Assembly: GCA_045641505.1 (NCBI GenBank)
Contig: JAZUHB010000045.1
Span: 752 to 64,751, forward strand
DNA length: 64,000 nt
Direction: 5' to 3'
DNA from: Bianqueaceae bacterium
Lineage (GTDB): Bacteria > Bacillota > Clostridia > Lachnospirales > Bianqueaceae
Every line of letters begins with the position of its first letter. Position 1 is the first letter of the stretch. The notes beneath the pieces are model-generated. The model was not told the origin of the DNA, did not search any database, and saw only the letters and a list, made by a program, of their open reading frames with translations. Positions 44,419 to 53,016 of this stretch are shown here, one piece after another. Position numbers and translations under genes: made by a program.

Positions 44419-44799
44419 TCACCTCTGCCGCAGCATTACTTTGATGTTGCGCTCATGCTCTTCACGGATAGAGGCGCAGACCTCCTCGGAGGCCTCGCGA
44501 ACCTCGAAAGATTGCATGTCGATCTCGTACCGGGAATCACATATTATGCACTTTCTTTTGTGATCGACATGCCAACAGCTGGGTATAGAAAAGGTCCTTC
44601 CTCTCTCTTCAATAAAATCGTAACGGAAGGCTGTCTCCTCTTCATCGCGAAAAATAGAAATAATATTCAAACCTCTATCATGAATTGAAGAAGAAAAAAA
44701 CCTCAGTTCCCCATCAATTTCCGCAAAAACCCCATCGAACTTTGCATTGAGAAATCCGTGATCCGATGTGGCGATAGTTTTTTTCCACTCAACCCTCAT
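44419..44799 (-). CDS. putative immunity protein of the orphan toxin (126 aa, cytoplasmic)
   Basis: The ATG at 44799 overlaps the toxin stop codon (ATGA). Small acidic protein. Confidence 0.55.
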   Translation of the reverse strand: MRVEWKKTIATSDHGFLNAKFDGVFAEIDGELRFFSSSIHDRGLNIISIFRDEEETAFRYDFIEERGRTFSIPSCWHVDHKRKCIICDSRYEIDMQSFEVREASEEVCASIREEHERNIKVMLRQR

Positions 44800-45869
44800 T
44801 GCAATCCCCGTCCGTATTCTCCCCAATATACAGCATGCCGCTGAACTCCGGGGTTGTTAGCTTCCATTCTGTTCATTTTCATCTCTAACCTATACAATCC
44901 TCTCCCAGATGCTTGCGAAGGGCTAGCAAATTCCCAATACTCTACCGCTCCATCATTACGAATTGCAATAATATCCGGTCGCTCATTGCCTACCGTTCCA
45001 GCCGTGCTCCATGATTTGTTTCCATAAAGGAATGCATAATCCCCGCTTTGTTCCAAAACATTCATTTGATTATTGATCGCATTTGTATGGATTGCGCCAC
45101 CATGATTCCCGTTTATCCGTTGTGCACAGCAGTTGTGAACCAATACCGACTCAGAACTGACATAATACGAGTGATCATCTGCGACCTGGAAATTATAAAC
45201 AATGACAGAGCTCTCCAGCAGCTCATGCTGGACCTTTTCGAGTACAACGTATTCTCCGTTGAGCGTTACAAGGATATCCCCTGCCCGAAGCTTGCATGCA
45301 GCTGTCCAGCCCTTTACGGGTGAATAAAACGGATGCTCTGGCGTGCAGATTATTTCCTCGTCCTTGACAAAGACGTGAAGCAACTCATTTGTTTGATTGA
45401 CATATGTCTTTGTGACTCTCTTAAGTTCTGCCTCTCCTGTATGTTCGTTCCAAGCCCAAACAAAATCATTTACGCATACATCCTCAATCGGCTTCAATCC
45501 TCCCGCTTCATTCACCAGAGTCCCCGCGATGAAACATGCAGCAGACGAACTCGGTGCAGATGCAGAGCCATTAATCAAACCCGACCCAAACGAACTCGAA
45601 TTTGCACCAGCTGAGGAGCCGCCTCCGCCCACATCATCGGTTCCCGGAAGATGGATGTCATCAGATCCGTCGCTGTCCCAGCACTCCTCTGTTTCATAAC
45701 CGCCATCATCTCTGTAACAGATTGGATTATTGCGGCAGTATACGCATATATTGCAACATACAGGCTTGAAGTAATCCTCAATCAGGACATCGGCGCTTAT
45801 CCATCTTCCCGTCTCCGGATCGTAATATCTCGAGTTCAGATAGTACAGCCCACTTTCGGCTGAACTTCG
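44796..45869 (-). CDS. orphan RHS C-terminal cassette: core remnant, HINT (intein-like) domain, ~110-aa unclassified toxin domain; no ATG at its 5' end
   Basis: The frame is open from the stop at 45870-45872. It reads SGLYYLNSRYYDPETGRWISADV...VYCRNNPICYRDDGG, then CFIAGTLV...ESVLVHNC (HINT), then AQRINGNHGGAIH...ERPDIIAIRNDGAVEYWEF. Confidence 0.7.
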   Translation of the reverse strand, partial: RSSAESGLYYLNSRYYDPETGRWISADVLIEDYFKPVCCNICVYCRNNPICYRDDGGYETEECWDSDGSDDIHLPGTDDVGGGGSSAGANSSSFGSGLINGSASAPSSSAACFIAGTLVNEAGGLKPIEDVCVNDFVWAWNEHTGEAELKRVTKTYVNQTNELLHVFVKDEEIICTPEHPFYSPVKGWTAACKLRAGDILVTLNGEYVVLEKVQHELLESSVIVYNFQVADDHSYYVSSESVLVHNCCAQRINGNHGGAIHTNAINNQMNVLEQSGDYAFLYGNKSWSTAGTVGNERPDIIAIRNDGAVEYWEFASPSQASGRGLYRLEMKMNRMEANNPGVQRHAVYWGEYGRGLQ

Positions 45870-46158
45870 TTATGTACCCAGCAGCTGAAAAGTGTGAAAA
45901 GAGGTTCTTTTTCTCGTTCGTCAAAGCAGTTTCGACGGGGTGTCAGGGGCCGAAGCCCCTGACAAGCAGAATCGTGCCGTCATGATTCGTTGCTTGCGGC
46001 ATCAGTTATGCAAGCAACGGGTTTTGTACCCAAACCACCTGGTGCCTGCCGACTGAACGGAATCAATTCGGCAAGCATCGCCTTTGCTTGTACACAAAGG
46101 CACTTGTTGGGATAGTCCCAAGCCCTTATCATTTTATCTGCTGTTTAAACAGCAAAAA
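45870..46158 (-). other. 289-nt non-coding, hairpin-dense spacer (possible structured RNA or recombination scar)
   Basis: Minus strand has GUCAGGGGC-UUCG-GCCCCUGAC (45942-45963), GUUGCUUGC-12 nt-GCAAGCAAC (45990-46019), UGCCGA-15 nt-UCGGCA (46048-46074) and GCUGUUUAAACAGC. Confidence 0.25.
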
Positions 46159-46710
46159 TCATTGATAATATTCGGGTGATACTCCATCAATTGACACGAC
46201 TGATATTTGCTCACCAATGGAGTATTTTGTTAGCTCTTCCATAAATGATTCGAGATTATCATATTCCCGGTTTCCAATGTAATATAATTTATCGAAGAAA
46301 ACCGAGTCTCCCGGCTTGTTGTCAGAACTTGCTCCAATATTGAGGCACGTACCTTTTGATACTATTTCAAAATCAATAATATCATTTTGACTAATGAGTG
46401 AAACAACTTTATCAGCAGAAAAGTCTACGCACTCTTTGGTGTTTCCATTCATCTGTTTACAAATTTCTGATCTATTATCACGAACTACCAATAATTGAGC
46501 AAAAGCTATTTCTATACAAAGTATACACGCAATGCCCAGCACCACACAAACAACTCCAATTATGATTTCCAAAATCAGTTGGTCTACATGTATAAAATGA
46601 TTCCGAAAAATCATTAATAGAATGATTACTATGCAAAATACAATCTTTACTAATGGATAAGTGTATGACTCTCCTGGCTCACCAAGAGAAAATAAATGAA
46701 ACTTTTTCAC
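46159..46710 (-). CDS. putative cognate immunity protein of the RHS toxin (membrane-anchored, 183 aa)
   Basis: Starts 4 nt after the RHS stop. Two or three TM helices plus a ~110-aa soluble domain. AT-rich. Confidence 0.55.
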   Translation of the reverse strand: MKKFHLFSLGEPGESYTYPLVKIVFCIVIILLMIFRNHFIHVDQLILEIIIGVVCVVLGIACILCIEIAFAQLLVVRDNRSEICKQMNGNTKECVDFSADKVVSLISQNDIIDFEIVSKGTCLNIGASSDNKPGDSVFFDKLYYIGNREYDNLESFMEELTKYSIGEQISVVSIDGVSPEYYQ

Positions 46711-46714
46711 TGCA

Positions 46715-49700
46715 TTACCTCGTCATGAATGATTTCACGCGATCATATCCATGTTGTTTTAAGCCATAATATCCATCCATTGCCAAACCATCTATAAAAC
46801 TTGATGTTACACCTTTTCCGATTACTTTTAGCGACATACTTTTTGCCGTTTCATTTCGCAATTTTGTCAACCCCGACTTATATACAGCAGACATACTGTT
46901 CCTCCCTTTAGTTATTTTGATAATACCACCAGGCAGCTTTCCCAATCCATAGCTGATTGCACCATCTATAACTGAATTCACGGCAATCTCTCCCCATGAT
47001 TTATCAGATTCACCGGTCACTTTTTCCAAAACTAATCCAACCCCTGATGTAACAAAGCCAGAAGCAGCGTTAGCTAATGCTGCATTTCCTGTTCCTCCAA
47101 GGATTGCTCCTCCGACAGCTCCACCAACAAACGCCCCTGTGTATGTTTGCCAGTTGCTAAATGTTAGTTCACCATTGGCAACGCTTGTTACAACGTCACT
47201 AACCACCTGACTTACTACGCCAACTACAGCTCCAACAGCAGCCCCGATTACCCAGTTCCAAAAATCACCTCCATTATCCACACGCATAACGGGGTTATTA
47301 TCGCAATACGCATACAGATTTTTATCCGTAAGCGCCATTGGCGTTGCTGTCAGTACGTCAGTTGTATCTGGCGATATAAACCTCCCAACCTCCGGATCAT
47401 AGTACCTGCTGGATACATAATAAAGTCCCGTCTCGCTGTCATAGAAATACCCTCGGTAGCGGAAGGGGTTCCATGGGCCGATGATGCTTCCCATCGACCC
47501 GGTCATCGAGGTGACGTTGCCCCAGTCGTCGTAGGTGTAGTTGACGATGGCCTGCCCGTTCTGATTCAGAATATGAACGATGTCGCCCTGCAGGTTCTTC
47601 AGATAATATAAGTGTTCTGTCCCAGCGTAAAGCCGTACAAATCGCCCTTGTCGTCGTAAAGGAAGCAGTACAGCACCGTCCCCTGCCGCATGCCGATGAT
47701 CCGGCTTCCCTCCAGATAGAAGGTCGTGGCGCCGCCGTTTTTCGCCGTACGGATACCTTCGGAATTATACGAGTAGGTCGTGGTCACGCCGTTCCTGGTG
47801 CAGGAGCTCAGCTGCCGGCCGTTCCAGGTGAAGCTTCGGCCGCCGTAATAGCTGAGGGGATTGCCGATGGCGTCGTAGGTAATCGTCTCGCCCCGGAACG
47901 AAGTCAGAAGGTCTCTCCAGCCGTTCCCGGCATATCCATATTGGTCGGACTGCGCCTCGACCCACTGTCCGCTCTGCTTGGAAAACCGCACCTTCGAGCT
48001 CAGGTTGCCGCCGGCGTCATAGCTGTACTCCCAACGCTCCGACGGCGTTTCCGAGGCAATGAGCCTGTTCAGTTCATCGTAGGTGTAAACGGTCGTGACA
48101 CCCTGAAGATCCGTCACCGAATGGATGTTTCCGTTTGCGTCATAGGTATAGCTGAAGGCGGAAATGGGGTTCCCGGCCGCGTCCCTGTTGGTGAGAGTGC
48201 TCACGAGCAAGGTGGTGCGCTCGCTTCCGGCGAAATCCTGAAAACCGTATTCCGTCGAGGCAACCGGAGCATCGGAGGCGCTAAGCACCTCCCTTTTTTC
48301 CGTGCGGCCCAACTCGTCATAAGTATATGTCAGATCCGATCTGTCCGCAAGGGTATAGCGCTCGGTGCATCCGTCCGGACCGAATACGGTCGTATAGGTT
48401 TGGATGTCGGAGCCGATCGCGTAGCGGGCCGAGGTGCCGCGGTTCCGGGAATCGTAGCCGTACTGTACCAGAAGCTCGCCGCTTCTGTATTCCAGAAGAC
48501 GGTCGCCGGTGTCGTAGCGATAACTGACTTCTTCCGCGCCGTTCTTCTCGACGCGGACGAGGTTTCCGCGGGCATCGTAGATGAAGGCGTAGCGGTCCGC
48601 GCCCATCGTGACCTCGGACGCCCGTCCCTTTTCGTCATAGGTGTAACCCGTCACATAGCCGTTCCCGAGGGTGGTTTGCGCGAGGCTTCCATTCCCGGGA
48701 AGATAGCTGTTCGTGCTGAGCGTCCGGCCGCCGCAGCTCACACTCAGCACGTTTCCGAATTCATCGTAGCTGAAAACGTAATTGAAGCCGTTGTGTGTGA
48801 CGGTCGCGAGGCGGAGCGTATCGTTCTCGTAGCTGTAGGAGACACTGACGCCGCCGGAGCTCACCTGCGTCAGAAGACCGTTCACACTGTCATAGCTGTA
48901 AGTCGTCGTGTTCCCCTCAGGATCGGTCGCGGAAAGAAGCTTACCGCTCTGCGGATCAGTAATCTTCGAAGCGGTGTTCCCTGCCGTATCCGTCATAGAG
49001 TCGACATAGTTTCCGTCCGCGGTGTAGTTTTGTTCGCTTTTCAGATACGGGCTCGATGTATCGACCGAACCGTCGCTGCCTACTGTACCCATGAACTCCT
49101 CTGTGACCTGACCTTGTGCATTATAGACGAAGCCGAGTCCCAGCCCGGTCTGGTTCGACTTCGCGGAGCAGAGTCGATGCGGGTGGTCTGAGGCATAAGT
49201 GTAGACGTAGTTTTCGGAAAGCTCGTCCCCCTCGGTGGCGGCGTTGAGAAGCTCACCGGCACTCGACCAGGTATAGCTCTCGTTGGCTCTCGCATTCTGA
49301 GCAGAACTTATGAGGTTTCCATCCGAGTCGTAGACATAGGCGGTTCCTGTTTCGTCGAAGAAAAGTTGGGGTGCGGAGAATTCCACACAGCCGATGGTTT
49401 TGGAAAAGCTTAGACGGAACCGAACCTTCTGTACCGTCTTCGACTGGTTTTCGGACTTCGGCTTGGCCGCCATGCTCAGGTATTGAAGCCCCGCTGTATC
49501 ATGGTTGAACTCGGACGTGACCGTTTCGGTCGTCCCGTCCGTATAGTAGAAGATGAGAGAAAGGCTCAGTTCGCGGCTTCCACGCTTAGGGACGGTGTAG
49601 CCCTGCGCCTTGGCGGAAAGCACGAACGCGGCCCGCTCTGCCGGGCAGCCGACCTCCACGTCCTGATAGAAATACTTGACCGAGGAGGTTCCCGCCGTGA

Positions 49701-52700
49701 TCTTCACCGTGTCGTTCGCGGTCAGTCCGTCTGTCCCGGTAAAGCCGCTCGCGGTCCAGCAGGTAAGCGTCGCGGCACGGCCGAAATCCGTGTTTTCGAG
49801 CAGCTGCGGAAGATTCACGGCGCAGCCCTTCTCGAGCTGGACAGTGTCGACCGCGCAGCCACCTGCGCTGCTGATCTCGATTTTTGCCGATGTCGAGGCA
49901 TCGAATTCGAGAAAATACTGTCTCCATTCGCTCCCGTGCGAGACGGAAATGCTTTTGCTGCTCCCCGTAACGATATCCGTAACCGTTACCGTCGCAATGC
50001 CGATCAACCAAAGAGAAAGAGTATAAGTTTCTCCGGCCTCGAGACCCGAAACGACCTGAGATACACAACCGCTGGAACAAAGCAGACTCCGGACTCCGGT
50101 CTGATGATATTGCGTCGTAAAGGAGCAGCCACTGCCGAGAGTCCACGACCCGTCCCCTCTCTCGAAGCCCGGATCGAGCAGGAGGTTATGGACCTCCGAG
50201 CCCTTCGCGGTCCAGGACGTAAGCTTGTTGGAACTTCCGTTTGTTACAGTGGGAGAAGTATACGAATAGTCGGCCGAGGAAAAATCGTCGAGATCGACAC
50301 AAGAGGTCACACGGCCGGCCGAATCGAAGCAAAAGAGCTCCCGCACGGTATCCCCGTTCAGAGAATAATCGCACTCGGTCGTTCCGTCAGAGTTGTAGAT
50401 GAAGGCGATGTGGTTTCCTTCCCCGCCGTTCGCCCCGTACTCGGTGACACGGTCGACGCGGTTCCGGATGCAGGCATGGGCGGAGCTCTTGTAGCCGAAT
50501 ACGAGCTTTGAATGGTCCTTGTTCTCGGCTGCGGTCAGCCGCCCGTTCGCATCATAGGCGAAGGAGGCGCTGAGTCCGTCCGGATAGGAAATACCGCTGA
50601 GCCGCCCGTTCGCGTCATAGCTGAGCGAGGTCGTCCGGCCGTCCGGCGTCGTGACCGAGGTGAGTCTTCCCAAGGAATCGCGTCCCACGGTGGTCACGCG
50701 TCCCGCTCCGTCCGTCACCGCGGCAAGGTATTTCCTCGTTCCGCTCGTGACATAGGAATACTGCGCGTAGTGGTCCTCCGAGTCATACTGCCGATAAAGA
50801 TAGCCCGCGCTGTCGAAGGTTCTTTTGCTTCCGTCCTTGTACTTCAGCACGTAGCGTTCGTTCGTCGAAGAGCTCGCGACCTGTAGTTCGAGGCCGAGCC
50901 CTTCCTCGTCCTTGAATACGCCGTCCTCCGGATACAGATAATGATTCGTCGCGTCAGCATCCCGGAACACATAACGGTATCCCGCGCTGTAGAGCTCCTG
51001 AAAGAGCGCCGTTTCCGCCGCGTCGACACCCGCGCCCGAGAGCGGGTCGATCCGCTGCGCGAAGGTGGCCGTCCAGCCATAGCCGCAGGTGAGTCCCTTC
51101 TTCGCGTTCAAGGAAAGACGCTCATACAGATAGCCGTTATAGCAAAGGCCGGTGCTTACGGGCATGAGCAATCCGTCGGTCGCGGAAAGCGCGGAGGTAA
51201 AGCTCAGGATTCCGCTGTGGTCATTGACGTAAGCGATTCCCGCAGTTCCGGCTGAGGCGCTGTGGAAGCTCCGGTAGTCTTCGAGTCCGACGTCGTTCAG
51301 GAAATTTATGGTGAGATAGGGAAAGTAGGAATTGAGGCCGGTGTAGTTGCAGGTGAAAAAGACGGTGCGGCGGTAGACCGAGCCCGTATCCTCTTTCCAC
51401 TTGAGCATCACGCCATAGTTCGGATAGGTTCCGTCATACCAGCTGCTCACCAGATCCGTGATGTAATAGCTCTGACGCTGGATGCTCCCCGAGGATGTCG
51501 CGATACAGAAATCGTAGACGCGGTCCTGGCTGAAACGCGAGGCCATGTTGTTCCAGGTCGCGGTCCCCGCGTCCCAGGCGCTCGTCACGCGGTACGTATC
51601 GATCTCGAGAGTAGTTCCGGAGGGACTCACGCCGGAGGCAAGCTGAGTAAGGGTGACCGCGGCCGAGACGATCTTATCACCCGCGGAAAGGGTCGGTAAA
51701 TCGAAGCGCACCAGAACACGGCACTTCTCATAGTTGCCCTCCTTACCGAGATACATGTGCCCCATGGCACCGCGGACTGAATTCGGGTGCGCCGATTCCA
51801 CGAATGCATCGTAGATTACGATCTCATCGTCTACGGTGCGGATATACGGATCGAGCGTGACCGGATAGACCCGGCTCTCATCATGAAGCCATTCCTCCGA
51901 TGCGGACAGCTCGAGCGTAAGGAGACCGTCCTCGAACGACGCGATCTGAAGCGAAAGCTCCTCCGAGGCCGCGCCCGCGGCATCCCTCAGCTCCGGTGCA
52001 GCAAGCCAAATGACCTCTTCTTCGTTCCGCAGGAGAACAACAGTTCGCTCATCCTTCTGTTTGGGGACGAGGCCTTCGGTCCGGAGGACGAGCCGGTAAG
52101 AGGCCGCTGCTTCGGCGTTTTCAAGAGCACATCCTCTTTGACGCCGGCGGTGGTGACGGTAACCAGCAGATCCGCGTTTTCGAACGCGTTTTCGTAGAGA
52201 AGCGAGGAGCAAAGCTTCGCAAGGAGCAGGGGGTTCTCCTCCGCTTCCTCTTCGACCGGTGTTCCTTTCACGGAAAGGATCCCTTCCCAATGCCAGGAAA
52301 CTCCGTTTCCGTTCTCCGAAATCCGGGCATCAGCGGAACCCAAAACCTCCGGAAGCGCGAGTTCGAATGCGCCGTTCGCGACTGTCCAGACACCTTCTTT
52401 GAAGACAAGGGTATTGTCGATGTCAACCCACGCGCCGTCCGCGCTCTTCTTATGGACACGCTCCGGGTAGGAGGCTGCGACGAAGGTCGTCGGTGAGGTC
52501 ATGAATACCTTGACATATTCCTCACGGCGGCTTTGGTCCTCGCCGATGACGGTGTTCGGGCTCTCTTCTTTCTCTTCCCCGGAGGATAAAGAAACAGCGC
52601 CGTTGCCGGTCTGTTCAGGCCGGACGGCGCTGTCGGAATTCACTTGCGCAAAGCAGGGAAGAGCGATATCGAGCAGAAGACTGAGGCAAAGAATCAGAGA

Positions 52701-52724
52701 AACACAGTGACGAAGATGCTTCAT
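46715..52724 (-). pseudogene. WapA/RHS-family polymorphic toxin (~2,003 aa if repaired), split into three ORFs by two apparent 1-bp deletions
   Basis: Sec signal peptide, DNRLRE-like N-domain (CRVLVRFDLPTL), CBM-like module, many YD/RHS repeats, core end YAYCDNNPVMRVDNGGD, then a Gly-zipper-rich C-terminal domain. Track ORFs: 51987..52724, 47599..52290, 46715..47506. Confidence 0.8.
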
Positions 52725-52789
52725 TTCCGGCTTCTTTCGCGGGTTCAGCGGATATACCTTATGAAGTTACAGATGCAGGGCTCGAAAGA

Positions 52790-52818
52790 ATTGTATCATG
52801 TATACAGAATGCCGTCAA
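52790..52818 (-). promoter_or_regulatory. candidate promoter of the RHS operon
   Basis: Minus strand reads TTGACG-17 nt-TACAAT with a TGn extended -10, ~60 nt upstream of the ATG at 52724. Confidence 0.45.
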
Positions 52819-52927
52819 GCTGACGATCAACGGCAACGAAAACTGCCGGCACCTGCCACTCAAAACATACTTTGCGAAACAAAGGCATAGTTCTAGTGGC
52901 CTCGCCGGGCGTCAAATCTTCTCTCAC

Positions 52928-53016
52928 CGTCATCCCCACACGCTCTTCTGCCCGGGGAACTCGTCCTCGGTGAGAAGCAGGAGCTCGCGGAGCGCGCCCT
53001 CGAGGCCGCGGTTCTG
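52928..53016 (-). repeat. right 89-bp direct repeat (functional 3' end of the GH31 gene)
   Basis: See 43762-43850. The single difference is at 52951 (C) versus 43785 (T). Confidence 0.95.

Larger units (their letters stand above)
43851..52927 (-). mobile_element. 9,077-bp polymorphic-toxin genomic island (no recombinase recognised)
   Basis: Bracketed by the 89-bp direct repeats. Visibly AT-richer, especially 43.85-47.5 kb. Carries the RHS toxin, immunity genes and an orphan cassette. Confidence 0.55.

Noticed and set aside
46715-47506. 263-aa ORF as an independent orphan toxin gene
   Set aside because: The frame stays open upstream (YYLKNLQGDIVHILNQNGQAIVNYTYDDWGNVTSMTG...). It continues the RHS repeat region of 47599..52290 after a 1-bp frame change, so it is the true C-terminus of the main RHS protein.
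43851-52927. Integrase, transposase, relaxase or tRNA that would explain island mobility
   Set aside because: I read every ORF of at least 60 aa in the island on both strands and none shows recombinase or transposase motifs. The mobile-element label therefore rests only on the direct repeats and the composition.
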